This document shows positions 52,686 through 64,000 of a DNA stretch of 64,000 nucleotides, piece by piece. Under the pieces are notes generated by a model. The model saw only the letters and a program-made list of their open reading frames with translations, was not told where the DNA came from and did not search any database. Each line of letters starts with the position of its first letter. Position 1 is the stretch's first letter. Location of the stretch: the NCBI GenBank assembly GCA_965214705.1, contig OZ243972.1:480001-544000 (forward strand). The letters are read 5' to 3'. The stretch is from Alphaproteobacteria bacterium (GTDB taxonomy: Bacteria > Pseudomonadota > Alphaproteobacteria > UBA828). The position numbers and the translations under genes are program-made.

Positions 52686-54188
52686 GTGATGACTGCAACG
52701 CTCACTCACTGGATCAACGGCGCCGCCCAGGCGGGCGCGTCCGGGCGCTTCGGCGATGTATACAACCCGGCCGCCGGCGAGGTGGTCGCGCGCGTGCCCT
52801 TCGCCAGTCCCGACGAGGTGGAGAGCGCCGTGCAAGCGGCGGCAGAGGCCGCACCCGGCTGGGCCGCAACGCCCCCCATTCAGCGCGCGCGGGTGATCTT
52901 CGCCTTCAAGGAGCTGGTCGAGAGCCGCAAGGAGGACTTGGCCCGAGTGATAACGCGCGAGCACGGCAAGGTGCTCTCGGACGCGATGGGCTCCGTCTCC
53001 CGCGGGATGGAGGTGCTGGAGTTCGCCTGCGGCATCCCGCACCTGCTCAGGGGCGACTTCACCCAGTCGGTGGGCACCGGCGTCGACAGCTTCTCCAGCC
53101 GGCAGCCCCTCGGCGTGGTCGCCGGGATCACGCCCTTCAACTTCCCGGCCATGGTGCCGATGTGGATGTTCCCGGTGGCCATCGCCTGCGGCAACACGTT
53201 CATCCTCAAGCCGTCGGAGAAGGACCCCACAGCCTCGATGATGCTCGCCGAATGGCTGGCGGAGGCTGGCTGCCCCGACGGCGTGTTCAACGTCGTTCAC
53301 GGCGACAAGGAGGCGGTGGACGCGATTCTTGCTCACCCGGACATCGCCGCGGTGAGCTTCGTCGGCTCCACGCCCATCGCCGAGTATGTCTATCACACTG
53401 GTTGCGCCCACGGTAAGCGGGTGCAGGCGTTGGGCGGCGCCAAGAACCACGCGGTTGTCATGCCGGATGCCGACCTCACCATGGCGAGCGATGCCCTCAT
53501 CGGCGCGGCCTACGGCTCCGCCGGCGAGCGCTGCATGGCGGTCTCGGTCGCCGTCGCCATCGGCGACAAGGTGGGCGATGCGCTGATCGAGGACCTCAAG
53601 CCCAAGATCGAGAGCATCAAGGTGGGGCCCGGCACCGACGGCGAGGCAGACATGGGGCCGTTGGTGACCAAGGCGCACTACGACAAGGTGCGGGGCTACG
53701 TGGACATCGGGGTCGACGAAGGCGCGGAGCTGGTGATCGACGGCCGCGACCTCTCGCTCCAGGGCTACGAGAACGGCTACTTCATCGGGCCCTGCCTGTT
53801 CGACCGGGTCACGCCCGACATGCGCATCTACCAGGAGGAGATTTTCGGGCCGGTACTCTCGGTGGTCCGTGCGCCCGACTACGACGCCGCGGTGCAGATG
53901 GTGAACGAGCACGAGTTCGGCAACGGGGTCGCCATCTTCACCCGCGACGGTGACGCTGCGCGCGAGTTCGCGAACAAGGTCGAAATCGGCATGGTCGGCG
54001 TCAACGTGCCGATCCCCGTGCCGGTCGCCTACCACAGCTTCGGCGGCTGGAAGCGCTCTCTCTTCGGCGACCACGCCATGCACGGCATGGAGGGCGTGCG
54101 CTTCTACACCAAGCTCAAGACCGTGACCTCGCGCTGGCCGACCGGTATCCGTTCGGGCATCGACCTCTCCTTCCCCATGATGTCGTAA
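52686..54188 (+). CDS. mmsA: CoA-acylating (methyl)malonate-semialdehyde dehydrogenase
   Basis: [37 protein letters not shown]. Confidence 0.95.
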   Translation: MMTATLTHWINGAAQAGASGRFGDVYNPAAGEVVARVPFASPDEVESAVQAAAEAAPGWAATPPIQRARVIFAFKELVESRKEDLARVITREHGKVLSDAMGSVSRGMEVLEFACGIPHLLRGDFTQSVGTGVDSFSSRQPLGVVAGITPFNFPAMVPMWMFPVAIACGNTFILKPSEKDPTASMMLAEWLAEAGCPDGVFNVVHGDKEAVDAILAHPDIAAVSFVGSTPIAEYVYHTGCAHGKRVQALGGAKNHAVVMPDADLTMASDALIGAAYGSAGERCMAVSVAVAIGDKVGDALIEDLKPKIESIKVGPGTDGEADMGPLVTKAHYDKVRGYVDIGVDEGAELVIDGRDLSLQGYENGYFIGPCLFDRVTPDMRIYQEEIFGPVLSVVRAPDYDAAVQMVNEHEFGNGVAIFTRDGDAAREFANKVEIGMVGVNVPIPVPVAYHSFGGWKRSLFGDHAMHGMEGVRFYTKLKTVTSRWPTGIRSGIDLSFPMMS

Positions 54189-54225
54189 GGCTGCGACGGC
54201 CGGGGTCGCAGGAGAGCCGGGAGCG

Positions 54226-55635
54226 ATGAGCAACGACGACCTCTCCTACCTCTCGGCGACGGAGGCGGCCGCACTCATTCGGGACGGCTCGCTCTCGCCC
54301 GTGGACCTGGTGACGAACGCGCTCGCGCGCATCGAAGAGGTCAACCCGACGCTCAACTGCTTCTGCTTCACGTACCCGGCGGAAGCCATCGAGCAGGCAC
54401 GGGCGGCGGAGCAGGCAATCGCTGCAGGCGCAGACGTGGGCCCCCTGCACGGCGTGCCCATCGCCATCAAGGACCTCACGCCCACCAGGGGCAAGACGAC
54501 CACCTTCGGCTCCCACGCCTACAAGGATTGGGTGCCCGACTACGACGCCCTCGTGGTGCAGCGCCTGCGCGATGCGGGCGCCATCATGGTGGGCAAGACC
54601 ACGACGCCCGAATTCGCCTTCTCCAGCCTCACCGACAGCCCGCTCTGGGGCATCACCCGCAATCCGTGGAACCCCGACCATACGCCGGGCGGCTCGTCCG
54701 GCGGCTCCGCCGCTGCCGTGGCCGCCGGTTGCGTGCCGCTAGCGGAAGGCTCGGACGCCGGCGGCTCGGTGCGCATCCCTGCCTCGCACAGCGGCTGCGT
54801 GGGGCTGAAGCCGAGCTCGGGCCGAATTCCGTTCGAATTCCTGCCGACCCAGTTCGACTACATGTGCTGCCACGGCCCGCTCTCACGGACCGTCGCGGAC
54901 GCTGCGTTGTTCCTGAATCTCTGCCAGGGGCCGGACGAACGCGACCTCAACACGTTGACGCCGGCTCTCGTAATCAACGTGCCGCCGCCGAGCGACGTTC
55001 GTGGCCTCCGCCTCGCGCTCTCCATCGACCTTGGCTACTACCGGATCGACCCGGACGTCGAAGCGAACACCCGCGCGGCTGCCGAGGCCCTGGAACAAGC
55101 GGGAGCGAAGATCGAGCCCGTCGAGCTCGGCTGGAGTGCGGCCTTCAACGAGGCGTGGTGGGCCTATTGGGGCGTGTTCCAGGCCACGCACTTCGGCCAC
55201 CACCTGGAGCGCTGGCGGGACAAGATGCACCCCTCCGTCGTCGCGTCGATGGAGGAAGGCCTGAGCATGACAGCGGTCGAGCTGATGAAGACCGAGACCA
55301 TTTACACCGAGTCCTGGAACAAGCTCCGCCCCATCCTTGAGCGCTGCGACGCCCTGCTCTGCCCGACCGAGGCGATTCCGGCGCCGACCGTCGATTACGA
55401 CGAACTCGGCTCCATGGGCGACGATGCGGACGGCCGGCACCAGAGCATGGACATGACGATGCAGTTCAACGCCCTCAAGCTGCCTGCGCTCTCGGTTCCC
55501 TCGGGCTTCTCCGCAGAGGGGCTGCCCACGGGCCTGCAGATCGTCGGCCGCCGCTTCGACGACCTGACTGTGCTGCGCATCGGCGCCGCGCTCGAAGAGG
55601 CGCGCCCCTGGCGCCAACACCGGCCGCCCTTGTAA
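54226..55635 (+). CDS. Amidase (amidase-signature family)
   Basis: GVPIAIKD, GGSSGGS, GSDAGGSVRIPA. Confidence 0.92.
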   Translation: MSNDDLSYLSATEAAALIRDGSLSPVDLVTNALARIEEVNPTLNCFCFTYPAEAIEQARAAEQAIAAGADVGPLHGVPIAIKDLTPTRGKTTTFGSHAYKDWVPDYDALVVQRLRDAGAIMVGKTTTPEFAFSSLTDSPLWGITRNPWNPDHTPGGSSGGSAAAVAAGCVPLAEGSDAGGSVRIPASHSGCVGLKPSSGRIPFEFLPTQFDYMCCHGPLSRTVADAALFLNLCQGPDERDLNTLTPALVINVPPPSDVRGLRLALSIDLGYYRIDPDVEANTRAAAEALEQAGAKIEPVELGWSAAFNEAWWAYWGVFQATHFGHHLERWRDKMHPSVVASMEEGLSMTAVELMKTETIYTESWNKLRPILERCDALLCPTEAIPAPTVDYDELGSMGDDADGRHQSMDMTMQFNALKLPALSVPSGFSAEGLPTGLQIVGRRFDDLTVLRIGAALEEARPWRQHRPPL

Positions 55636-55719
55636 GGAAACGAGTGCCTCGCACACCGTGGCCCTAGTAGGCGTTCCGGGCTAGGCTGCCGGCTTCGGTG
55701 TAGCGAGGGAGCGGCGGCG

Positions 55720-56592
55720 ATGGCGACGGTGAAGGCCGGGCTCATCCAGATGAGCCTCAAGGGCGAGGTCGAGCACGACACGCCCGAGCAGATCAGCGAG
55801 AAGATGATCGCAGCCCACTTGCCCCTGATCGAGCAAGCGGCGAGCGAAGGCGTGCAAGTTCTGGGCCTGCAGGAGCTCTTCAACCTGCCCTACATCGGCG
55901 CGGTGCAGGACAACTCCTGGTACCGCACCGCGGAGCGGGTGCCCGACGGGCCCACGGTCCAGCGCATGCGGACGGAAGCCGCGCGCCTCGGCATAGCGAT
56001 GGTGGTGCCTGTCTATGAGGAGGCGCAGACTGGCGTCTACTACAACACCGCCGCCGTGATCGACGCAGACGGGCGCTACCTCGGCAAGTTCCGCAAGATT
56101 CACATCCCCCACGTCGTCGGTTTCTGCGAGAAATACTACTTCAAGCCGGGCGACATCGGCTATCCGGTCTTCGAGACCGCATTCTGCAAGGTCGGCGTCT
56201 ACATCTGCTACGACCGGCACTTCCCCGAAGGCTGGCGCGAGCTCGCCATGAACGGCGCCGAGGTGATCTTCAACCCGTCCGCGACCGCGCGGGGCCTGAG
56301 CGACCATCTCTGGAACCTGGAACAGCCGGCGGCTGCGGTGGCGAACTGCGTCTACATCGGCGCCAATAACCGCGTCGGCATGGAGGCGCCGTGGAACACC
56401 GGCTACTTCTACGGCTCCAGCTACTTCGTCAATCCGCGTGGCGAGATTCTCGACCAGGGGCCGGACGATCGGGATGCACTGGTCACGTCCGAGCTCGACC
56501 TCGCCATGATTGCCGAGGTGCGGGACGGGTGGAAATTCTATCGCGATCGCAGACCCGAGACCTACGGCGCAGTGGCGTCGTGGCAGGTCTGA
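55720..56592 (+). CDS. Nitrilase-family beta-ureidopropionase-like hydrolase 1
   Basis: Glu-Lys-Cys triad: LQELF, RKIHIP, ICYDRHFPE. Confidence 0.88.
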   Translation: MATVKAGLIQMSLKGEVEHDTPEQISEKMIAAHLPLIEQAASEGVQVLGLQELFNLPYIGAVQDNSWYRTAERVPDGPTVQRMRTEAARLGIAMVVPVYEEAQTGVYYNTAAVIDADGRYLGKFRKIHIPHVVGFCEKYYFKPGDIGYPVFETAFCKVGVYICYDRHFPEGWRELAMNGAEVIFNPSATARGLSDHLWNLEQPAAAVANCVYIGANNRVGMEAPWNTGYFYGSSYFVNPRGEILDQGPDDRDALVTSELDLAMIAEVRDGWKFYRDRRPETYGAVASWQV

Positions 56593-56616
56593 GCGGGCGA
56601 GCGAGAGGAGGTTTTC

Positions 56617-57486
56617 ATGCGCAAGGTCAAGGCAGCCCTCATTCAGATGAATCTGAAGGGGGATCCGGCGACGGACTCCATCGAGACGATCCGAGACAAC
56701 ATGATCGCTGCCCACTTAGCGCTGATCGAGGAGGCCGCGCGGCAGGGCGTGCAGGTTCTGGGTCTCCAGGAGGTCTTCAACGCGCCCTACTTCCCCGCCA
56801 CCATCGACGACAAGTGGTTCGAGTCCGCCGAGGCGGTGCCGGACGGGCCCACCACCCAGGCGATGTGCGACGCGGCCAAGAAGCACGGCCTGGTCATCGT
56901 CTCGCCGGTCTACGAGCGCGATCACAATGGCAAGTTCTATAACACCGCCGCGGTGATCGATGCGGATGGCAGCTACCTCGGCAAGTTCCGCAAGATTCAC
57001 ATCCCGAAGATCGGGCCCTACGACGAGAAGTATTATTTCGCTTACGGCGATCTCGGCTACCCGGTGTTCGATACGGCCGTCGGCAAGGTCGGGGTCTATA
57101 TCTGCTACGACCGCCACTTCCCCGAAGGCTGGCGCGCGCTTGCGTTGGGCGGCGCGGAGCTGGTGTTCAACCCGTCGGCGACCTTCAAGGGCCTCAGCGA
57201 CCACATCTGGAACCTGGAGCAGGTGGGTGCCGCCATCGCCAACGGCATCTTCATCGGCACCAACAACCGGGTCGGCACGGAGCCCAGCTTCGGCAACCAC
57301 GTGTTCTACGGCTCCAGCTACTTCTGCAATCCGCGCGGCGAGATCCTGGCGCAAGGCGGCGACCAGGACGACGAGCTGGTGATTGCCGAGCTCGACCTCG
57401 ACCAGATTCGCGAGGTCCGCGACACGTGGCAGTTCTTCCGCGACCGCCGGCCCGAGACCTACCAGCACTGCGCCCGGCAACCGTGA
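56617..57486 (+). CDS. Nitrilase-family beta-ureidopropionase-like hydrolase 2
   Basis: LQEVF, RKIHIP, ICYDRHFPE; paralog of the upstream gene. Confidence 0.88.
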   Translation: MRKVKAALIQMNLKGDPATDSIETIRDNMIAAHLALIEEAARQGVQVLGLQEVFNAPYFPATIDDKWFESAEAVPDGPTTQAMCDAAKKHGLVIVSPVYERDHNGKFYNTAAVIDADGSYLGKFRKIHIPKIGPYDEKYYFAYGDLGYPVFDTAVGKVGVYICYDRHFPEGWRALALGGAELVFNPSATFKGLSDHIWNLEQVGAAIANGIFIGTNNRVGTEPSFGNHVFYGSSYFCNPRGEILAQGGDQDDELVIAELDLDQIREVRDTWQFFRDRRPETYQHCARQP

Positions 57487-57551
57487 CACACCTGCGCGCT
57501 TAGAGCGTGTCTGTCTTAGACGGACACGCGCTAGGCCGCGATCAGCGCTGG

Positions 57552-58367
57552 TCAGACGCCACAGGCGGGGTCCGGGGGAATCGAGCTGGAGTCTGCGGCA
57601 GAAGCACCCAAGCGGGAGGCGGCCCGAGCCCGCGCGGCGTCTCCGAATGCGCCGAAGATCGCCGTCGAGAACGCATCCTCCGTCACCTTCCACTCCGGGT
57701 GCCATTGGACGCCGAGCGCGAATGAAGGGGCGTCGCTGACGCGTACCGCCTCGATCTGGCCGTCAGGTGCGACCGCCTCGATCGCGAGCCGGGGCGCGGG
57801 GCTGTTGATCCCCTGGGCATGCAGCGAATTGACCATGACCTCTGGCGCGGGCCAGAGCGACGCCAGCAGCCCGTCGGCAGTCAACGTCACTTCGTGGATC
57901 GACCCGTACTGCACGTCGCGGGGCTGGTCTTCGTCCGAGCGATGGTCCATCCGCCCCGGCAGGTTGTGAACCTCCTGATGGAGACTGCCGCCGAGGGCGA
58001 CGTTGAGCTCCTGGAAGCCGCGGCAAATGCACAGAATGGGAATCCCTGCGTCGATCGCGCTGCGGATCAAGGGCAGCGTGGTGGCGTCGCGCTCCGGGTC
58101 GTGGAGCGTGCCGTCGGCGCTCGGTAGCCCATCGTAGTGGACGGGCTCCACATTGGAGGGGCTCCCGGTAAAGAGCAGGCCGTCGCAGCGGTCCAGCACC
58201 GCGTCCTGGTCCAGCGCCCCGCCGAGTGCGGGTACAGCCACGGGTAGCCCGCCGGCAGCGTCTACCACTGCTCGCATGTACTTGTCGCCGACGACGTGGA
58301 AGGGGTGGATGCCGATATCCCGCACGCAGGCGGGGAGGCCGATCAGGGGAACCGGCGGCGCGGTCAT
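57552..58367 (-). CDS. Gamma-glutamyl-gamma-aminobutyrate hydrolase family (peptidase C26, PuuD-like)
   Basis: TGSPSNV, CICRGFQE, VNSLH, GVQWHPE. Confidence 0.9.
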   Translation of the reverse strand: MTAPPVPLIGLPACVRDIGIHPFHVVGDKYMRAVVDAAGGLPVAVPALGGALDQDAVLDRCDGLLFTGSPSNVEPVHYDGLPSADGTLHDPERDATTLPLIRSAIDAGIPILCICRGFQELNVALGGSLHQEVHNLPGRMDHRSDEDQPRDVQYGSIHEVTLTADGLLASLWPAPEVMVNSLHAQGINSPAPRLAIEAVAPDGQIEAVRVSDAPSFALGVQWHPEWKVTEDAFSTAIFGAFGDAARARAASRLGASAADSSSIPPDPACGV

Positions 58368-58373
58368 GCCGGC

Positions 58374-59714
58374 TCAGCTATCACGGGGCTCGCCGGCGGA
58401 CAAGAAGCCGCCGCGCCGTTGGATGCCCAGATAGATGGCGCCGAGCCCCGCGCCCCGCACCACGTAAAGCAGCGTCATCGCGAGCCAGAGCCCGTGATTG
58501 CCTAGCGGCTCGCGCAGCAGCCAGGCGCAGGGTGTGAAGACCGCGAACGCCAGGATCATGTTGTTCCGCATGTGGGCGGTGCGCGTGGTGCCGGTAAACA
58601 CGCCGTCGAGGAAGATGCCCCAGACCGCCACCAACGGCAGCGCAATCAACCAGGGCAGGAAGTCGTAAGCCAGGGCGCGCACTTCCTCGATATCCGTGAG
58701 CACGCGGATGATCGGTGCGCCGGCGAGGCCGTAGACAGCGACCGTGAGGAGGGCTAGCGCGAAGCACCACAAGAAGCAGGCCCGGATGGCTTGGGTTAGA
58801 TCGTCCCGCCGCCTGGCGCCGAGGGCGCGGCCGGTGAGCGCCTCGACGGCGAAGGCGAAGCCGTCGAACCCGAAGTTGAGGAAGATGACGAAGTTGAGCA
58901 GCACGGCATTCGCAGCGAGCACTACGCCGCCCTGGCGTGCACTCAATGTCGTGAACAGCGCGAACGCCGTGATCACGAAGAGCGTGCGCAGGAAGATGTC
59001 GCGGTTGATGCCGAGGAATCGCCGCATGGCGGCAGCGTCGAGTACGAGGCGCGCATGCCACCGGCCGCCGTGGCGTTGGGCAAGGCGTGCGGTGACGACG
59101 AGGCCGAGGATCAGCCCGGAGTAGTCGGCGGTTACCGTGGCCCACGCGACGCCGGGGACGCCGAGCTCGTAGACGAGCACCAGCACCAGGTCTAATACGA
59201 TGTTGATGCCGTTCACCGTCAGCAGCAGCGCGAGCGCCGCGCGGGTGTTCTGCATCCCGATGAACCAGCCGACGAGCGCGATGTTGGCGAGCGTGGCCAG
59301 CGCCCCCCAGACACGGATGAAGAAGTAGCGCATGCCCTCGTTGGCGACCGCCTCGCTCGGTTCGATCAGATAGAAGGCGAGCCAGCCGATCGGACCCTGC
59401 GCCGCCATGAGCACGACCGCGAGCACGAGCGCGATCAGGAGCGCACGAGCGAGCGTGGCGCGGGTCTCGTTCCGGTCGCGGGCGCCGAAGGCCTGGGCGG
59501 TGAGACCCGTGGTGCCCATGCGCAGGAAATTGCAGCCGAAATAGACGGTGTTGAAGATCAGTGCGCCGACCGCGACGGCACCGAGGAAGTGGGGCTCGGG
59601 CAGATGGCCGATCACCGCCGTATCGACCGCGCCGAGCAGCGGGATCGACAGGTTGGAGACCACCATCGGCCAGGCTAGGCGCCAGACCCGACGGTGCCAG
59701 GCCCACTCACTCAT
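58374..59714 (-). CDS. MATE-family efflux transporter (DinF-like)
   Basis: PLLGAVDTAVIGH, FLRMGTTG, DIFLRT; start at MSEWAW. Confidence 0.9.
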   Translation of the reverse strand: MSEWAWHRRVWRLAWPMVVSNLSIPLLGAVDTAVIGHLPEPHFLGAVAVGALIFNTVYFGCNFLRMGTTGLTAQAFGARDRNETRATLARALLIALVLAVVLMAAQGPIGWLAFYLIEPSEAVANEGMRYFFIRVWGALATLANIALVGWFIGMQNTRAALALLLTVNGINIVLDLVLVLVYELGVPGVAWATVTADYSGLILGLVVTARLAQRHGGRWHARLVLDAAAMRRFLGINRDIFLRTLFVITAFALFTTLSARQGGVVLAANAVLLNFVIFLNFGFDGFAFAVEALTGRALGARRRDDLTQAIRACFLWCFALALLTVAVYGLAGAPIIRVLTDIEEVRALAYDFLPWLIALPLVAVWGIFLDGVFTGTTRTAHMRNNMILAFAVFTPCAWLLREPLGNHGLWLAMTLLYVVRGAGLGAIYLGIQRRGGFLSAGEPRDS

Positions 59715-59767
59715 TGGCAGCGACCGCCGCTTCAAGCCCTGCCTCCGAACGGCCGGGCGGCCGCGTA

Positions 59768-60427
59768 CTAGCGGTGCTGAGGACGCTTCGTGCGCGGATC
59801 GTCGAACACGAAGAGCCTGCGCGGCAGCCTGATATTGGTCTTGAGATCGTGCAGGGAGACGGTGGTCACGAGCCCCTGGGCATCGATCACCCGCCAATGT
59901 GTCAGGCGTAGCTGCTCGGTATCCAGGATCAGGGTCAGGCTCCCGCCCCTGGGATCGTCCTCGTGCACCACGGTGATCTCGATGCGCCCGTCGCGCTCTT
60001 CGACTGCGGTGACTTCCACGTCCTCGCCGAAGCGCGTCACTTCCCTGGTGAGCGCGCCGAGCGGGGTCTCGTAGATGAACCAATCGTTGACCTGGCCGAG
60101 CTCCTTGTCGTGATAGTGGATCCACAGCCCATCGCCCACGATCAGCACCGGCACCGGCGGTGCGTATTCCACGCGGAGCAGCCCCGGCCGGCGCATATGG
60201 ATCACCCCTTCAGCGACCTCGCCCTTCGGCCCTACCTGCGTGAAGTCCGCCCTCAGCGTTTGGAGCCCGTTGAGATAGCGCTCGACGGCGGCGAGCGTCT
60301 CCTCCTGCGCCTCGTCCAAGACGACGGAGGCAGACTGCTGGGCCTGCGCCGGCTGGGCGGTGGCAAGCCACGCGGCGAGAATCGGGGCGAGGCAGAGGAG
60401 CGCGGCAGCGCGGATCAATATCGGCAT
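59768..60427 (-). CDS. lolA: Outer-membrane lipoprotein carrier LolA
   Basis: Signal peptide, ADFTQ, RPGLLRVEY; directly downstream of ftsK. Confidence 0.88.
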   Translation of the reverse strand: MPILIRAAALLCLAPILAAWLATAQPAQAQQSASVVLDEAQEETLAAVERYLNGLQTLRADFTQVGPKGEVAEGVIHMRRPGLLRVEYAPPVPVLIVGDGLWIHYHDKELGQVNDWFIYETPLGALTREVTRFGEDVEVTAVEERDGRIEITVVHEDDPRGGSLTLILDTEQLRLTHWRVIDAQGLVTTVSLHDLKTNIRLPRRLFVFDDPRTKRPQHR

Positions 60428-60481
60428 GCCGTGGAATGTAGGGTGCGCGGGCAGCGCAAACAATCGTAGGCGACTCTGGAC

Positions 60482-62902
60482 TTAGTCGGCCGAGTGGTCG
60501 GAGACCAGCACCTCGCGCTTGCCGACATGGTTGGCCTGGCTGACGACGCCTTCGCTCTCCATCCGCTCGATGATCCGGGCAGCGCGGTTGTAACCGATCT
60601 GGAGATGGCGCTGCACGAAGCTGGTGGAGGCCTTGCGCTCGGCCGCGACCAGCGCCACGGCCCGATCGTAGAGCGGGTCCTCGTCGCCACCCTCGTCGAT
60701 CCCGACGGCGGTCGCTTCGGGCTCCTCGGTGATCCCCTCGATGTAGTTGGGACGCCCGTTGGCGCGCAGGAAGTCGGTCACCCGCTCGACTTCGGCATCG
60801 CTGACGAAGGGCCCGTGCACCCGCGCCACGCGCCCTCCGGCACCGAGATAGAGCATGTCGCCCTGGCCCAGCAGCTGCTCGGCGCCCGCTTCGCCGAGGA
60901 TGGTGCGGCTGTCGATCTTGGACGTGACCTGGAAGCTGATCCGCGTCGGAAAGTTGGCCTTGATCGTGCCGGTGATGACGTCGACCGAGGGCCGCTGCGT
61001 CGCCATGATCAGGTGGATGCCGGCGGCGCGCGCCATCTGCGCCAGCCTCTGCACCGCGCCCTCGATATCCTTGCCGGCGACGAGCATGAGGTCGGCCATC
61101 TCATCGACGACCACGACGATGAACGGCATCGGCGTGAGGTCGATCTCGAATTCTTCGTGGATCGGCGCGCCGGTCTCGGCATCCATGCCGACGTTGACCC
61201 GCCAGGTGAGCTGCTCGCCCTTCGCGCGGGCTTCGGCGAGCCGCTTGTTGTAGCCGGAGATATTGCGCACCCCGAGCTTCGACATTGCCTTGTAGCGGGA
61301 CTCCATCTCCCGCACCGTCCACTTCAGCGCGACGACCGCCTTGGCCGGCTCGGTCACCACCGGCGTAAGCAGGTGCGGGATGTCGTCGTAGACCGAAAGC
61401 TCCAGCATCTTGGGGTCGATGAGGATCAGCTTGCACTGGTCCGGCGGCAGCCGATAGAGCAGCGACAGGATCATGCTGTTGATCGCGACCGACTTGCCCG
61501 AGCCGGTGGTACCGGCGACCAGCAGGTGGGGCATGCGCGCGAGGTCGGCTACCACGGGGTTGCCGCCGATGTCCTTGCCGAGCGCGAGTGTGAGGCTGTA
61601 CTCGGTGCTCTCGTAAGCGGCACTCGCCAGCAGCTCGCGCAGCAGCACGGTTTCGCGTTGGCCGTTGGGAAGCTCGATGCCGATGACGCTGCGCCCCGGA
61701 ATCGTCGCCGCACGGACCGAAATCGCGCTCATCGAACGCGCGATGTCGTCGGCGAGCCCGATCACCCGCGAGGTGCGCGTGCCGGGCTGCGGCTCAAGCT
61801 CGTAGAGCGTGACCACGGGCCCAGGTCTGACCTGCATGATCTCTCCGAAGACTCGGAAATCCTCGAGCACGGAGACCAGCATCTCCGCGTTCTGCTTGAG
61901 CGCGTCTTCGCTCGCGTTGGGCGCCGCGTTGGCGCCATCCGCGTCGGCGAGAAGCGCGAGCGCCGGCAACGTGTATTCTGCGCTGTCCTCAAGATCGAGT
62001 GCGGGCTGACGCTCCTTCTTCTCCCGCTTGCCGGGCTTCACCCTGCGTCGAGGCTTCTCGACGATGCTGGGCTCGGTCGGCCGCTCCTCAATCTCCCCTG
62101 GCGCCGGCGGAAGCAAGCTCGGCTCGCGTCGCCGTGTGGTTTTCTCGGCAGATCGGGCGAGGCGGCGTGGTTTGCGTGCGGGGGCGGTCTCCTCGTCGTC
62201 CTCGACACCGGCCGCCCGATCGCCGCTCCTGCCGGAGGACCAGCGGAGAGCCCAGACGGCGCAGAGGACCACGCCGCGCAAGAGCCAATAGGCGCCCCGG
62301 AACAGCGCGCGCCATTCGCGCCACGGCACGCCGAGCGCGAAGACCAGAGCAACAGCGGCAGCGATCAGGAAGACCGCACCGACGCCGGCGGCGGCCATTC
62401 CGGAACCGCCTCCCAAATCGAGGCCGTCGAGCCCGAGTGGGCCAAGCGCGGAGAGCACCATCTTGCCGGCGGCCCCGCCGGCGCCAGCCGCAGTCGGCCA
62501 GTCGGCAATGCCCACCGATGCGCAGCCGATGGCGGCGAGCAGGATGGAGAGAGGCGCCAGGGCGAAGCGCACCAGCCGCCGGTTCAGCCCGCGGTGACTG
62601 AGCAGGGCCCAAGCCCAGGCCGCGAGGATCGCCGGCACCAGAGCAGCGGCAAGGCCGAACCACTGCAGTAAAAGGTCCGCACCGTAGGCACCGGGGCGGC
62701 CGATCAGATTGGCCGACGCGTTGCTGCTGGCGCTGTTAAAGGAGGAGTCGGCCGCAGAATAGCTGACCAGGGCGACCGCGATGACGGCGGCGAGGGCGAT
62801 GAGCGCGAGCCCCGCCAGTTCACTCAAACGGCGGGCAAAGAACGGCCCCGAGCCCGAAGGAAGGAGAGGCGTGCGCGCATCGCGTGCGGCGGTCGCTACC
62901 AA
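60482..62902 (-). CDS. ftsK: DNA translocase FtsK
   Basis: N-terminal TMs, [36 protein letters not shown], gamma domain IGYNRAA. Confidence 0.97.
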   Translation of the reverse strand: MVATAARDARTPLLPSGSGPFFARRLSELAGLALIALAAVIAVALVSYSAADSSFNSASSNASANLIGRPGAYGADLLLQWFGLAAALVPAILAAWAWALLSHRGLNRRLVRFALAPLSILLAAIGCASVGIADWPTAAGAGGAAGKMVLSALGPLGLDGLDLGGGSGMAAAGVGAVFLIAAAVALVFALGVPWREWRALFRGAYWLLRGVVLCAVWALRWSSGRSGDRAAGVEDDEETAPARKPRRLARSAEKTTRRREPSLLPPAPGEIEERPTEPSIVEKPRRRVKPGKREKKERQPALDLEDSAEYTLPALALLADADGANAAPNASEDALKQNAEMLVSVLEDFRVFGEIMQVRPGPVVTLYELEPQPGTRTSRVIGLADDIARSMSAISVRAATIPGRSVIGIELPNGQRETVLLRELLASAAYESTEYSLTLALGKDIGGNPVVADLARMPHLLVAGTTGSGKSVAINSMILSLLYRLPPDQCKLILIDPKMLELSVYDDIPHLLTPVVTEPAKAVVALKWTVREMESRYKAMSKLGVRNISGYNKRLAEARAKGEQLTWRVNVGMDAETGAPIHEEFEIDLTPMPFIVVVVDEMADLMLVAGKDIEGAVQRLAQMARAAGIHLIMATQRPSVDVITGTIKANFPTRISFQVTSKIDSRTILGEAGAEQLLGQGDMLYLGAGGRVARVHGPFVSDAEVERVTDFLRANGRPNYIEGITEEPEATAVGIDEGGDEDPLYDRAVALVAAERKASTSFVQRHLQIGYNRAARIIERMESEGVVSQANHVGKREVLVSDHSAD

Positions 62903-63031
62903 CGAGGGCTCCTGCAGACGTCCGGTACCGAATCAAACATCGCACACATTACAGAGGGTTATATAGTTTAGTTACAGAGAAGTCAAAGCTACAGCCGCGT
63001 GTGGACCAAACCAAGTACATGAAAGTGGACG

Positions 63032-63835
63032 ATGCTCCATCCCGTCGTCACGCCCTGGGACCACCACGCCGCCCCGACCCTCGCCGGGCTCGCGGCCGGC
63101 AAGCACGTCCTGGTCGAGAAGCCTATGGCATCGACGGTGGAGGACTGCCAGCGCATGTGCGATGCCGCGCGCGATGGCGACGCCATCCTCATGGTGGGCC
63201 ATATCTGCCGCTTCAACCCGCGCTATATCGCCGCCAAGCGCGAGATCGACGCGGGCCAGATCGGCAAGGTGGTCGCGATCAACGCCCGGCGCAACGTGCC
63301 GGCGCGGTGGGTGATCGATCAGCTCGAGACGATCGGCCCCATTCTGCACACCTGCTCCCACGATACCGACATGATGCTATGGTTGACCGGAGCGAAGGTC
63401 GTGAGCACCTACGCACAGACCGTCAACTCGCTTGGCTGTCAGTATGACGACGTGGCCCAGCTCATGTACCGCTTCGACAACGGCGCGAGCGCGCTCTACG
63501 AGGGTGCCTGGTGCATGCCGGACGGCTCGCCCTTCGAGCTCGACGAGCGCATGTCGGTGATCGGCACCGAGGGCTTCATCCACATCCAGGACACCTTCCC
63601 CAACATCGCCGTCTGCTCAAAGGAGGGCTTCAGGAGCCCGGACACGACCTATTGGCCGGAGCTGCACGGCGTTACGGGCGGTGCGTTGCACGAGGAATGG
63701 TCTTACTTCGCGCGCTGCGTCCGCGAGGGCACGCGCCCGGCGTTGATCACGCCGGAGGAAGCGATGGAGGTTGTGCGGACCGTGCTCGCGGCACATGAAT
63801 CGGCGACCAGCGGCACGGTGGTGAGGCTGGAGTGA
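63032..63835 (+). pseudogene. Gfo/Idh/MocA oxidoreductase lacking most of the N-terminal Rossmann fold
   Basis: VVTP..H...GKHVLVEKPM, VGHICRFNP, HDTD present; no GxGxxG upstream. Confidence 0.7.
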
Positions 63836-63975
63836 CGCGCGGGCGGCCCCTCTGCAGTTGACGACCCGGCGCGTCCCATGTTGCGTGCCGGATCGGTTCC
63901 GGCACCGGTTTCCGCAATCGGGTAGCCACCGCTAAGATGCGGCAGAGAGACAGCACGACGCGCGAGGGGGAGATC

Positions 63976-64000
63976 ATGGCACTGCATCCGCAGGTTCAGG
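63976..64000 (+). CDS. Start of the next gene (MALHPQVQ, possibly an alpha/beta hydrolase)
   Basis: GGGGAG RBS then ATG; only 8 codons visible. Confidence 0.35.

Overview
High-GC, Alphaproteobacteria-like window (inferred from DUF1013/TrcR, DUF1192, hslVU and ftsK-lolA) in two halves. ~1-40.3 kb is a decaying genomic island: a RecD2 module, a degraded relaxase/RHH region, a surface-glycan locus, a tandem tyrosine-recombinase element, a SWIM-SNF2 helicase, a nest of truncated mobile elements (two group II intron 5' halves, an IS21-type end, IS1634, an ISKra4/ISLre2-like remnant) and a low-GC HEPN-STAND-TPR-like gene inactivated twice. ~40.5-64 kb is core genome: hslUV, tRNA-Val(GAC), a soxBDAG/mgd-like operon, an ald-mmsA-amidase-two-nitrilase cluster, puuD-like, MATE, lolA and ftsK. 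The most unusual element is a 2031-aa O-antigen ligase/polymerase (Wzy_C/WaaL-like) with about 1590 aa of plant-receptor-type LRR modules (9 capped modules, one exactly duplicated) inserted in its catalytic loop; it heads a closely spaced run of three paralogous GT4s and a Wzx flippase. All calls are from motif reading by eye; no database searches were run.
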